Both the position numbers and the translations under genes were made by a program. 64,000 nucleotides of DNA from Rhynchobatus australiae (lineage: Eukaryota): contig JAUZTB010000068.1 in assembly GCA_034780895.1 (NCBI GenBank), forward strand, positions 21,277,964 through 21,341,963, written 5' to 3'. Below, one piece after another: positions 51,680 through 64,000 of this stretch. The first letter of the stretch is position 1; each line of letters starts with the position of its first letter. Below the pieces are notes generated by a model, which worked only from the letters and a program-made list of their open reading frames with translations, did no database searches and was not told the origin of the DNA.

Positions 51680-52230
51680 CAGTAAAACTCCATTAATCCA
51701 GCACACTTGGGACTTTGATGGTACCAGGTTAACAAATTTTCCAGACAATCAGATGTCATTTAATCAATATTCCAATCGACTTTTAATACACTTTTTAAAA
51801 GATGCTACACCATAACATTTTAGTTAACCCAGTAGGTTTAAAAGGGAGTGTGGGAAACAGAACAGGGTAGATTTTGAGGGAGCATGGGAAATGGAACCAG
51901 ATAAATTTCAAGGGAGGGTGGCCACCAGAGCCAGACAATTTTAAAGGGAGAGCGGGAACTGGAGCCCCAGTGAGCAGAGGTGGAGGTCCGTACCCGAGCC
52001 TTGGAGAGCGGACACAGAGGACAGGAACCAGGGCCCTGGCCAGTAGGAAGGGGGCACTAGAACGGGAAAGGAGCATGGCCACCAGGCGAGTGGAAAGGAA
52101 GCACGTGAGCTGGGTCCCCAATGAGTGGAAATCGCAAACATCATCTGTTGAGCCAGATGCTGAACTGTCAGGATTTCCAATTGCTGGACAGTGAATATAT
52201 AAATAAAACTCCAATAATCCAACGTCTAGA
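51680..52230. mobile_element. Probable Tigger/pogo-like DNA transposon remnant with a purine/GC-rich interior
   Basis: Starts TA|CAGTAAAACTCCATTAATCC; a second TAAAACTCCAATAATCC occurs near 52204. No clean right TIR seen. Confidence 0.4.
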
Positions 52231-52473
52231 GATGTCCACGCTAAAAAAAAATTCAGCCTATGATGTACAAGCTAGGATGTCCCTTCTCACTTTTTCATCT
52301 GGTTGGACCTGAAATGCATTTAGTTGACATGCCGTAATATTCAAAATAATTAAGTTCTCACTTGTGTCCATTCCCTGATTAATGCATTATATTCCATTTG
52401 ACAATTAGCTTTAAAAATGTTTTCTGAAGTTTAAGCTATCGTATATTAAATCTAATAGCTGGCTGGTCCAAAC

Positions 52474-52707
52474 CTTCTTGGATTCCACAGGTACTTTATC
52501 CTGAAATTGAAGATCTGGTGCTTCTGTTTGTACCTCAGTTTTTACAGAAGTATCTANNNNNNNNNNNCATGGCTCATTTAATTGTTTATGCAACTGTCCA
52601 CTTTGTTGAGGGCTGAAGTCTTGATCACTTTCAGAATTAAACTGCTGGATATCAAAATCCATGTCATCAACATCTGTTTTAGTGTGTGACAATGTTTCCT
52701 TTAGCTC
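52474..52707 (-). CDS. MACF1: MACF1 exon, about 234 nt, acidic linker (ELKETLSH...VESKK); contains a short N run
   Basis: Strong acceptor CTTTCTTTTCTAG and open frame. Probable donor AAG|GTTTGG, phase 0-0; the donor is less certain. Confidence 0.65.
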
Positions 52708-55700
52708 CTAGAAAAGAAAGAGAGGACAAAATAACATGTTAAAATCCCAAATTGCAAAACATACATCTCCATTTTGTTATTGCATTAAATAACATGAGGA
52801 CATTAGCAGAAATATTTTATAGAAATACCAGAGCACCTCCAAAGCCAGTTATTTTGGCACAATAAATTATATAATTGTAAAGGAATTTCATACACTTAGA
52901 ACAAAAATTTCATTTAAATACCAAAGTCTTATTTTGACACACTTAGGTATTGGAACAACACATTATCAATTTCTAACCCTGTGCCTCACAAGGGTGATCA
53001 GCTGAGAGGGTAATTACTGCGTCTTCCTGGTGTCCACTGAAATTCAAAATCATTACCGCACCTAGAAGCTACAAAATTGTGATCATCTGTGATTTTTATT
53101 TTGAGTTTCTCAATAAATAACTATTGAAGATCATGGACAAATTCTATAACTAACTACTTCAAAGAAAATAATCCATAGCATTAAAAGAAATTGATGCTGG
53201 AATTCTGCACAATCTTGCTCTCACTTTATTGATTCCAGTCTCTCACTTATTTGAGGTTCCTGTTTGAGAAAGATCTCGTTAAAAATCTGGGATGCAAGAG
53301 CAAAGTATACAAAATTCTGTTTAATATTTGCAGGAGATCCATAAAAAAACCTTCAAATTGGGTATAATGGTTAGCAAATATCATCCTGCTTTTCAAATAG
53401 TAGATAAAACAGTGAATTAAAGACATTAATATATGACTTAGTGAGAAAAAAATATTTCAGCATTTAACAAGACTTTACCATTGTTTATATTCAAAATATT
53501 GATTTGTTGCTTCATGGTTGGTTATTTAACACAATACATATTTTACTCGNNNNNNNNNNTCGTCAATTAAGGAACCAGTTGGTAGTTTGCTGTGAGCCCT
53601 TCAAAGACAGTTAAAGCCCATGGGATTACAAACACATTAAAAGGGACAGGGAAGTGGTTTGACAAAAAAATGATATGACACGATCTCTGACAGGGATGGT
53701 GGAATTTATTCTAAATTAGCTAACGTGCAGGTTATTCATGAATACTGAAAGTAAATTATAGAATTTGAAGATTCCAAATTATGGGGTCAAAGTGAAGAAT
53801 GTAATCATTCAAAAGGACCTGGAGCATACTAAACAGGCACAAAATGCTGGAATACTTATGCAAGCTGCATGTCATTTAATAAATGTTATATTTATATACT
53901 TTTTAATAAAACCTGGAAAAGGACTCAAATCCAATAGTTAATCACTGAATTTCATCAAAAACATAGTCAACAAAAAAAAAATTGACATGAACATATCCTA
54001 GCAAGTTTTAGCTAGTCTCCAGGGTGTCTAATGTAAAACAAGTTTTGAATAATATGTTTTTAAGACCACAATCGGAATAGTGTTTGTTGCATCTTCAGAA
54101 AGAATGTGATAAATTTAAGGTTAAGGATAATTATCCAGAAATTTAAATTCCATTGCAATGCAGGGGTGAGGAATAAATCACTTTTCTGAAACTTAAAGAG
54201 ACACACAGCTGGAAACTTTGCATTTAAAATAAGCAAAGAAAAAAAAAGTTGGGTATTCCAAGAGGTAAATGCATTCCTCCTATCTTTGAAACATCAATTT
54301 TTGACCAACATACAGTACCTTTTGGATTTGGTTTGAACTATTGCTTCATCAAGAGATGATGTTCTTATGCATAAAATAATTTAGTTAGAGAATCATCTGC
54401 TAAAAAACAAATTTACATTTTACCAGAATCACCTTTTTTTTTGCAAAGAATCTCCAGTGAGCAATGTACTGCCTACTAATTATTTATTTGTGAACTAACC
54501 CGAAATGAGTAGCTTACTTTATAATGCCGCAGATTCTGTTTAGGACTACATCATTTGGTGTCTCAGATTCCAATTCATACACAGATGGCGTAATGTCAAT
54601 TTTGAAGTCTCCAAATGCTAATTGTTTCTTTTGGAGCTACTTGTACTCAGTGAATACTTCAGAATTGAAATAAAATTATAGCACTGTATACTTCCAGCAC
54701 ACAATTTAATCTTTGGCTATTTACTTTTCTAAATTATTTATTGGGAAAAGAGCATCTTTGCTTTGCTCACTAACTGTGACCCCACCCCCCCCAGCTATTG
54801 TCCTTCTGCAAGTAACCAAATANNNNNNNNNNNNNNNNNNNNNNNNNNNNNNNNNNNNNNNNNNNNNNNNNNNNNNNNNNNNNNNNNNNNNNNNNNNNNN
54901 NNNNNNNNNNNNNNNNNNNNNNNNNNNNNNNNNNNNNNNNNNNNNNNNNNNNNNNNNNNNNNNNNNNNNNNNNNNNNNNNNNNNNNNNNNNNNNNNNNNN
55001 NNNNNNNNNNNNNNNNNNNNNNNATTGTCCTTCTGCAAGTAACCAAATAAAACTCAAGGGTTCAAGCTCTCCTAAAAAAATATTTCTAGCAAGTTCTGGC
55101 CTGCTGTTTTACGTAAATACTAAAGACATTCTTTTTCTCCCCCCACTAAATTAATCGCAATGTAATAAGTCAAGTCAATTTGTCAAATTTTGCTTCCGAA
55201 GATCTTCCTAGTGGTCTGATTAATGATAAAACTCTGTCAAGTCAAGCGCGTTAGCAGACACGAATACTACTCATTGAATTTCATGAAAGAGTTTAGGTAC
55301 TTTTCAGGTTATTTAACAAACCCATTTAATCTACACCAACTAAAATAATTGCACTCTCATTCATGAATACCAATTTTGATTTTAGAGCTGCAAAGGAAGT
55401 AGTTTGAAGAAAAAAGTTATCTAATCTCTCATAATGCTCACTTTTCTGACTAAACAAGTGTATATTTTATGATTGATGTTGAAGTACTGTGCTGAAATAA
55501 TGCTGTCATAATTTTGGCAATGGTACAGATTTAAATGTAACATATTGTGCCCAGATGTTGGAAAATTGATCAAAGCTTAGCTTTACAGCAACTGTTTCAT
55601 CAATAGGAAATAAACTGAAGATATCACAAGGTTGATGCTATAATGTGAACACCTATCAAATTAAAACTGATTCAAGGAGCTTTTGAAAAAGCTTTTCTCT

Positions 55701-56345
55701 ACTCATAACAGGAAAAAACCCAACATTTTATCTTTCAATGTTTCTTCCTATTTGTTTCTTCTCATTTTAACTGATTTACTCTGACATCTTTGCTTTAGGA
55801 CACTGACAAAATAAACCAGCACACTTAACATAATTGCCAAATGTGCTTCAGTTATTACAAGATATTAATACCATATCTTGGGGACAGCTTATTACCCCTA
55901 AAAGGCAAATGCTTCATAAGATGAAGAGTCAAAACACAAGCATAATTTGGTCTCAATTCCAGGAAAAACAATTTATTGAGGATCAACATTATGATGTTAA
56001 TGAACTATCACAAATTCTGGTTACTAAAATCGGAGATAAGTTGGTCAAAGTTCGATTCAGACAAACATTCACAGAATGTAATAGTTGAATAACATGAGCT
56101 TAACTGGTAATTCAACAACTGCAAATATAAACTGCTGGATTTGCAACAATTTATCCCAATGTTGAACACTGATAATATTATTTTACCTTTGATTACTTGT
56201 TATCCTTTACTGGTTCTATTGAAGGCAAACTAACTGAGTACATACCTCAATTCCATAAACTGATTATGGATTATACATATAAAGGAAGGGAGAACACTAA
56301 ATAAATAAAAGAAGACCTTAAAATTCAATCTTTCACTTGGCTTAC

Positions 56346-56561
56346 CTTCTTGGTTGCCAGTATGTCTGTCAAAACTCCATGCCAAGTTTTTGAAACCTCA
56401 CGGACTGAGGTAAATGATATCTGCAAGCTTTTAGAATCTTTCTCAAGTGCCTTCAGTAATTGATTAGGTACATTTTGCGTGCATCCTTCAAGTATCTCAT
56501 TAACCAATATCAGCTCTTGATCAATCTGGACTGATAGCTTCTCGAGTTCTGTTTCAAAACC
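56346..56561 (-). CDS. MACF1: MACF1 exon, 216 nt (GFETELEK...LATKK)
   Basis: TTTTAG acceptor, AAG|GTAAGC donor, phase 0-0, spectrin-like helices. Confidence 0.82.
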
Positions 56562-56738
56562 CTAAAACAGTGCGAAAGACACCAGCTTTTCAATGATGAT
56601 AAAAATCAGAAATCAAAACAAATAAATAAAATGCAATGTTGAACCACTAAGATCGAGCGAACCTTAAGGTTTAGGTCCAATGCAGAATAGAGTGCTATAA
56701 TAAAAATAAATCTGAACTATTAAACATAATGCACTAAC

Positions 56739-56888
56739 CTCTGCCAAGTGCAATTGTTCAAGAAGCATCGCAGGGTTGGTACCAACTGGCTTTTGCTGCT
56801 TCAGTCTGACCTCAATATCCAGCACATGAGAGAGGTAAGAAACAAGATTCTCGTCGTGTTGTAGGCATTGCTGCTTACTATACAAAGG
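56739..56888 (-). CDS. MACF1: MACF1 exon, 150 nt (PLYSKQQ...QLHLAE)
   Basis: Pyrimidine tract with CAG acceptor, donor GAG|GTTAGT, phase 0-0, helical spectrin-like peptide. Confidence 0.78.
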
Positions 56889-58019
56889 CTGGTGATGCAG
56901 GCAATAAGGAAAAAAAATTCTAAAATTAAAATTTCATAGGATTCAATTGAAATAATCTTACTTTGTATGGATTTTCTTTACTGCAATGCTGATTGATCTG
57001 TGCTCATACAAAATACCAGCAGTAAGCATAAATTCAGGATAAGTGTAGCCATATTGACTATTTTGCCCTACAAATGAATACTTCTCAGTAGGTCGACAAA
57101 GGTGGATACATAAATTTCTACCACTGGTATGATCTTTCAGCAGAATTTATTCTCCACATATCAATGTGTTCACTGTTCTGTTCCCAGAGGACAATCACAA
57201 GGACATGGAATACTGGACGCAATAAAGTAGAAACAATCAAAGCTGTAAGATTACAATTTACATGCAGGCAGTATCTTAAACACAGGAAAATCTCAAGGTG
57301 CTACCAAAAGGGAAGAANNNNNNNNNNNNNNNNNNNNNNNNNNNNNNNNNNNNNNNNNNNNNNNNNNNNNNNNNNNNNNNNNNNNNNNNNNNNNNNNNNN
57401 NNNNNNNNNNNNNNNNNNNNNNNNNNNNNNNNNNNNNNNNNNNNNNNNNNNNNNNNNNNNNNNNNNNNGGAAGGACAACACGCTGAAGCCACTTTCATTA
57501 ATTATTAATGCTTCTCCAGGCCAATTTTAGTGATGCACATAATACAGAAAAAAAAATTGAAGGAATTGAAACAGGAAGTGATGAGCAAAATGAATAGTGG
57601 TGCCATTAATTTCATGGATCCAGGAGAAGAAAGAGAAATTGCAGGTTCAGCAGCAGTTGTAGAGGTCACACAGCCTGCATTTTCAGGAGCAAATGATAAT
57701 AGTTTTGAGCCATGCAGTGGGGATGTGAATACAGAGGTGAGGAAAGTAAAATGGTCACCAGTTGAGTGGGGAGAGTTTTGAAGGAACAGGTGAAAGAAGG
57801 AACAGCAATCAGACCAAACAATGGCATCGAAATCACTGTCCCTGACACAAGTTGCTTTGTAAACCATCTTCAGCTTTCAATAATCACCATAAGGTCAGGT
57901 GTTTGTTGACAATTCCAGTGTTTGGCTCCATTAACAACTCTTGCAAAAATAAAACTGTTCAGGTCACCCTCCATCATGAACTCTACAATCACTCTTGCTT
58001 GGGCTGATAACTAGTACGT

Positions 58020-58243
58020 GAAGGAGGTGGTGGTACAGGAGCCTGAAGATCCACACTCAACGATTCAGGACCAGCTTCTTCCCCTGCGCCATCACATTCC
58101 TAAATGGTCCGTGAACCCATGAACATTATTTTTTTGCACTATTTAATTCTGTAATTTACAGTAATTTTATGTCTTTGCATTGTACTGCTGCCACAAAACA
58201 CATTTCACAACAAACAAGTCAGTGATAATAAACCTGATTCTGA
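58020..58243 (+). mobile_element. Rex1/Babar-like LINE 3' end
   Basis: Encodes YRSLKIHTQRFRTSFFPCAITFLN (R.RS..T.R.K.SFFP.AI..LN motif) and ends AATAAACCTGATTCTGA. Confidence 0.7.
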
Positions 58244-59439
58244 CATTTGTGTTGCACAGATGTTAGTGATTATCTCCAACAAAAGAAACTTTCAATTACA
58301 TCATCACTGACACCTTACAATTAACCAACAGATAGATACTTGATGAAGAGTAACTAATTTTGTTCCATGATCCTTTATAGTCTACCTACATGATTCAGAT
58401 CAGAAACGTGATGGAATTCTCATCTCAACTGGATGGGGAGGATGTTGAAGTTCAGTCAAGTTCAACAGTACAAAGAAGAACAGTTCAGCCATTGCCTCGC
58501 TTGTCACCAGACTGAATACTTATTGCTCAACCCCCTATTCAATGCCGCAGTGTCTATAGTTCATACAATCTGCAGGAAGTATGAAAGTAATTTACCACGT
58601 TTGCTTCAGACGCTCTTAAGGATAACACTTCAATTTCAAAGGAATATCATCTTCAATGATTCCTTGAAAATCTAGTACCATCGTGACCTGCACATAAAAT
58701 TGCTGTTCCTTTGTTGTAACCATGAACCTCAGGAAGCTGATAGTGAAGATAATGAATGCTAGATGCATAAAATGGAGTATCTATTTATCTGAAGAATTAT
58801 GAATTCAGCAGAACTCCTTTTAGTCATCAGCAAACAATCCACTTCTCACGTTATATCAGAAGGAAGATTGTTGAAGAACCAAATGCAGGTAGTTGTGATT
58901 AAAATGCTGGCCTGAGGAACTCCTGCAGCATTATCCTGAGGCGGAGGTAATGTTTCCAATCCTTTGGACAAGTATAACCTCACCCATGGGTGAGACTTCA
59001 CTGTCCCTGTGACTGTTTGCTGGAATTCCATGCTTTCCTATCCAGGACATTCAATCTCAACTTACTTTTGGAATTGAGTGTGTGACCTTGTATATAGGTC
59101 AGAGCAGTAAAGTAGTATGAGGTCAAACAGTTCTGGAGGAGTTCAAACTGAGCATTGACAAGCAGGTTGAGAGCATTGTGGATGATTGGGATGGGAATTG
59201 GAGGAGTTGGATTTTGCTGACTGGAGAGAGAGGGAGCATTACTGGTGTGCTCCAATTGCACAATGGGACAAAATTTTATTGATTGCCCTATGATAACCGT
59301 GAAGGCTCTATTATAAGACCCAAACTAGATTTGGACAAGTATGGCACAAAGGAATGCCAGATCTCCCAAACCTCAGCGCCACAAAACCTGGGAAATTTTA
59401 ACTCCTGGGACTGATCTGCACAAACCTTGTTTGTTGTCT

Positions 59440-60048
59440 AGTTGAGGCTAAACACAAACTAGATGAATGGCACCTCATATTCTACCTGGGTAGCCTACAA
59501 CTTGACTGCATGAACATTGAATTCTCCAACTTCCGGTAGCTGCCTCCCTCTGTCCCTTTTCTCTTTCCTCCTGGTCGACCCAGTCCCCATCACCATGTCT
59601 CTTTCCCCTCCTCCACCCTCTCCATCTACCCATCACCAATACATTCCTTCTACTGGTTCCCCTCCCCCGCTACTCCCCTTTGCCTCCATCACCTCCCTCC
59701 ATGCTCTGCCTTCCTCTCCTATCAGATTCCATGATCTCCTGTGCCACTTCCACCCATCACCTCCCAGCTTCTGGCACTATCCCCACTCTCCCACCCTCCA
59801 TCTGCCTATCACACCACCAACCTCCCCCCCACCCCCTCACCTGGATCCACCTATTGCCTGCCAGCTCTTGCTCCACCCCTCCACCTTCTTATTACGGGCC
59901 ATCGCCCCTTTATCTTTCAGTCCAGATGAAGGGTCTCATCCCGAAACGTCGACTGTCCATTTCCCTCCATAGATACTGCCTGACCCACTGAGTTCCTCCA
60001 GTGTCTATGGTGTTGCTCCAGATTCCAGCATCTACAGCCTCTTGTATC
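59440..60048 (+). mobile_element. Penelope-like element 3' end / pseudo-LTR
   Basis: C-terminus AKHKLDEWHLIFYLGSLQLDCMNIEFSNFR* fits a PLE GIY-YIG tail. It is followed by a C/T-rich tract, a hammerhead-like motif and CCAGATTCCAGCATCT. Confidence 0.72.
59918..59955 (+). ncRNA. Minimal type I hammerhead ribozyme-like motif with a core variant (CAGAUGA)
   Basis: CAGTC-CAGATGA-A-GGG-TCTCAT-CCC-GAAAC-GTC-GACTG: stem I CAGTC/GACTG, stem II GGG/CCC, GAAA, palindromic ACGT and a GUC site. Confidence 0.6.
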
Positions 60049-63000
60049 TTCTTCTTGTTTGTTACCCATCATTATGTATGGATGGATGGGGAAGCTGTCC
60101 ACAAGCACGATGTTGAGTGCCAAGCTACTACTGGCTAGGAAAATATTGTTTCATAAGAGTCTTGCTTTTAGAAGGAGGAGCGATGACCCCAGCACAGGGC
60201 ATTGACCCCAAGAAGAATTTCCATTCCTTCATGTGACACAAGTTNNNNNNNNNNCTCAGAATGATGCCTCATTCTGTTAAAGCTACAGTTGGGGTCCAAA
60301 CACAATATGATCCCAATCTGCACATTTATATTCAGAAAAGCAGGTAAACATGGAAGATAGCATGGGTCAATCTCATATCAATGACCAAAACTCTGTTGCC
60401 TTCAATTGTACAGCTTCTTGTTAGGTTAAGTGTGTTACAAGCTGGGGCTTCTTAAGGATGATTTATTTTTGAAATAGTTGTCATACTAAGAAAACAGCCA
60501 AGCAAGAATGTATTTACAAAGAGAACTTCATAAACTAATCTCTGCAGATTACTTGATGGAACACCAAAGAGGTCAAGGAGTTATGATGAAAATAGAAGAA
60601 AAGAAAGACATGGGCATTGACAGGACAGCAGGGACGTGTAAAACTAAGGAAAAGCACATCAGAAAAATAATGAAGGAACACTGGCTGGAACTCAGGGCTG
60701 GATTTTGCAGGAGCAATAATCATGGCACTAATAATGCTCGTCACTGTTTGTGGAGAAATCAGACCGAAACATTCTATTGCAACACGTGCAGAGTTAAATA
60801 TGGAAATATGGAAGCTGACATCCAAGATGCTTTGATCCATCAAGAGCTTCACCGAAATGATACCTCACTGAGAGATTCACTATTCAGCTATGTCAAATGG
60901 CATGAAATTGATGTGCTTAATTGACAAATATGAACTGTAGTTATCAGAAGTTAGAACTCAACAATTCCAGTTTAAGAATCCTTTTACAGCTTGGTAGGTA
61001 TTGACAATTGCCAAATATCAGCTGTGTCACTGAAAATTAACTTTTTAAGCCATGGTAACACAAGTGACAGATGCATCATGAAGGGCACTAATCTTTGATC
61101 TCAAATCTTATATTCCACTGCAAAAAAATCACTCAAAAAAAAGTCTTGAGCCCAAGTATGATGAATGACATCTGACTGCAATAAACAGCCTGGTTATTAA
61201 ATTATTGAAGATTTAAAATAATCATTAAACAGAAGAGTTCATACTTGAGGAAATGAGAAGAGCAGATTTATTGCAAATACAATATGAAATCGAAAGATTT
61301 CTTTGGAGCTTGGCAAAGAAAAGCCACCAAAACTGATAAATACAGCTCATTATGTTTTCGACCTCCATAAACCCAATATTTTGTAAGAATTTCAATGTTG
61401 TGGCCAGCTTTGGAGTGGCAAAAACCATCACATCTTAGTCATCAAATTCAAGGCAATAACTATGTGTAAGACTGCTTTAGTTAAGCTATCCTGCCAGAAG
61501 GGTAAAAAAAACACTATGATATACTGGTTCCATGAAGGTTGTTTCAGCTGATCCAAAAGTATACTATATATTGTACTTTCTTGGATACTTATGAATTTGG
61601 TGTAACAAATTTCCCAACCAAGAAATTTAAACTCTAAATGATTGCTCTGTTTCCTTTGGTATTTCATCAGATTGTTGGTAATGTCTTGGTCTGAAAGCAT
61701 ACAGTCAGGTCTCTCACATAGACAACACTACATTCAGTATTGGGTTGATGTTGAAAACACTGTAACTCTGATCTCATCCCCACCGCTGTTCAATCCTTAT
61801 TGGCTTGTTAGAATAAAACTACTTAAGTAATTTCTATTATGAAAAGATTTTACATACATTATAGGAAGCAGTGAGGAAGCAGATAAGAACATCTACACAA
61901 AGAACAGATGGAAGAAAGGGAGGAACTGGCATGAATTCAGCATGTCTGGAATTACAAGTGAAATGGCACACAGCCTATTGCAATCCTCAGAACAATCCCT
62001 TTGTCCACAATTTACAAGGATTTGCATGTTCACATAAACCTTCATCAGATACTGGGAGATCTGTCCAGAGGGAGTCATGTTGATCAGAGAATCTTACAGC
62101 ACAGGAGGCTGCCATTCAGGCAATCATGCATGGTTTGGCTCTTTGAAGTTGATTTAGTTATTTAAACTAAGAGGCTTTTTACAAAGGCTTCTGAAATGCA
62201 CTTAGATTTATTTATATTTCTTTATTCCTCAATTCCACCCCTATCCTAACCCCAACTCATCACTTCCCTGCAACTTATTTGCTTTCCAACCACCCAATCT
62301 CCTCAAATAATAATGGTTTTAGACTGTTGAAAATCAGATGAAATAACTGAGCAGGATAACTTCTTTGACTTCCAACATGGATCAGATCAGTAAGTTAAAT
62401 TTTTACATGATGGGATGTAATCAGGCCATTTGTGTATTTTCTTCACAGAATGAAGTATTATGCATGGAATAAAAAATTTAAAGAGCTTCATCATAAAACA
62501 GAAATATGCATTTTATCAGTAAATAATGGCTATTTGAATCCAAGTTAACAAAGCTCATGAGACAGTTTCTTCCCCCCAAACCTGTTTAACTGCAGTTCAT
62601 TGTTTACCGGATCCCAACTCAGGTCATCAGACCAATTTCACTTGTAACGCCACTGATCTACCAGTAAAAAGAAACTCTCACATGGATCATCTTAAGTACA
62701 AGAATGCAAATGCAAAGTAGAAACAAAAGTAAATGTTTTCATTTTAAGGTTACTATTTGACTTGAAAAGTGACATTTTGTAAAGAAAAAAATTCTTCATT
62801 ATCTAAAGATAGACCTCATTTCAGATTTCTTTGTTGATCTTTAATTTGCAATAACTTGAAAATTAAATATTAATACTGTTATCCTATTCTCAATATCACG
62901 TTGTTGAGCAATTTAAAATACCACATTTGCCTAAAATTATTTAAAACAAACATATGGGTTAGGGAAGTGCAACACTGCAGCCATGTCGTGAATCATAAAT

Positions 63001-63257
63001 AAATTCTTTGGAGCAGTCAGTTATCTTAATCTGGCTTTTTCATCACCTGCCATCAATACGACTGTATAATATTTAAAAGAATACTCAACACTAAGTTCAG
63101 AAACAGGTATTCAAAGGAGAAAGTTATACCAGGCCACCTGCAGGTAGGGAACAGCATTCACGGAAATCCTAAGTTCTTCTCAAATGGCTTGAAAGAACCA
63201 AAGTATGGAAATATAAAAATAATTCCAATTTTTAAAAGAATACTGCAATATGCTTAC

Positions 63258-64000
63258 CCGTTTTTCAGCTACTTCTTCTGTTTTGTCCTTGACGTCTTCA
63301 GTGTCTTTGTTGATAAACTGTTCTTGTTCATTCAGGACCATAAATAATGGTTCATCAATCTGGTTCTGTACGAAGTCTTTGTTTATCATCACCTGGGTAC
63401 TTTTATTATCAACTTCAAAATTAGAATTAATTTTTTGGTCCAAGTCTGTGAATTTTTTTCCCTGTTCTTCTGCAGCTTTTATTGGATCAGTCCCTTCATT
63501 GATCTTCAAGGCTAATACATTTTTGGGTTCTGCACTTGGTTTCCTGCCTTCTGAAAGCACTGCCACATTTTCATAGTCATCAGCCAGAACTGTGTTCTTT
63601 GTGGGCACATCTGGCTTTCTAACACCTGAAAGTTTATTTTCAACTTCTGATAGTTTTCCTGCTAATTTTCCATCTTCACTTGGACATTCCACTTCCCTTA
63701 CTTTACCACTTGGTCCTTCAGTACATCCAACATGTTTGGCCATTTCAACAAATGACTGCAATTCATTTGAACTTTCATGAACCTGCTTTATTCGTTTTGG
63801 AAGCATTTCTCCATCTTCCTCATTTTTCAAAATTCTCTCTCCTGAAATTTCAACAATCATTTTTTGTTCGGGCATTTCCTCAATTTCCTTCTTTGAATAA
63901 TCGGAAAGTCCTTTTGTACTTGAAAAGGTATGTTTTCTTTCATCTGCTTCGAATTCTTTCATTTCACGATCCAATGTCAAATAAGCTCTATGATCACTCT
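63258..64000 (-). CDS. MACF1: MACF1 exon: 3' end of a large Glu/Lys-rich, probably disordered exon (likely the giant MACF1b-type exon); 5' part outside the window
   Basis: Frame is open to the window edge (ORF 63180..63980). Donor CGG|GTAAGC at 63257, phase 0, compatible with the next exon. Confidence 0.8.

Larger units (their letters stand above)
17007..64000 (-). other. MACF1: Multi-exon spectraplakin gene (MACF1/ACF7), internal part; the gene continues beyond both window edges
   Basis: 22 phase-compatible GT-AG exons give one frame of spectrin repeats. Peptides such as SGQKVLD, CTKLGSHL, KLKQDIA, LGPLSIDPNML and GTEVDIINQQLADFK follow recalled human MACF1 more closely than its paralogue dystonin. 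Confidence 0.92.

Noticed and set aside
58582-58671. Exon-like segment on the minus strand with AG and GTAAAT ends
   Set aside because: It has stop codons in all three frames and no pyrimidine tract.
59517-59991. Pro/Ser-rich ORFs
   Set aside because: They are translations of the C/T-rich tract of a Penelope-like repeat.
17007-64000. Dystonin (DST/BPAG1) as the gene identity
   Set aside because: Some motifs are shared (FSEDVISHKGDLRYITISG), but diagnostic segments such as GQKVLD, CTKLGSHL, KLKQDIA and QQEKE..L.KLLP follow recalled MACF1. A phylogeny would settle it.
1-64000. CRISPR arrays, operons, rRNA or tRNA genes
   Set aside because: This is eukaryotic exon-intron DNA with no regular repeat-spacer pattern; tRNA-like boxes occur only as SINE heads.

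Overview
Vertebrate genomic DNA, most likely from a cartilaginous fish (shark or ray) judging by its repeats: HE1/V-SINE-like SINEs, Deu-domain SINEs, CR1, RTE, Rex1/Babar and Penelope-like fragments. The whole window lies inside one minus-strand gene, the spectraplakin MACF1. I reconstructed 22 GT-AG exons whose phases join into one continuous frame of about 2,140 codons. It runs from the 3' end of a large acidic exon at the right edge, through the spectrin-repeat rod, to a 1,472-nt exon ending at 17007; bases 1-17006 are intronic. The assembly is draft quality, and several N-gaps have duplicated flanks, one of which splits an exon from its donor site. I found no prokaryote-type system and no convincing novel system. 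The best leads are a Penelope-borne minimal hammerhead ribozyme fold, a 63-nt symmetric cassette exon, two candidate internal promoters and several intronic hairpin elements. Homology statements come from my recall of human MACF1/DST and of repeat consensus sequences, not from a database search.
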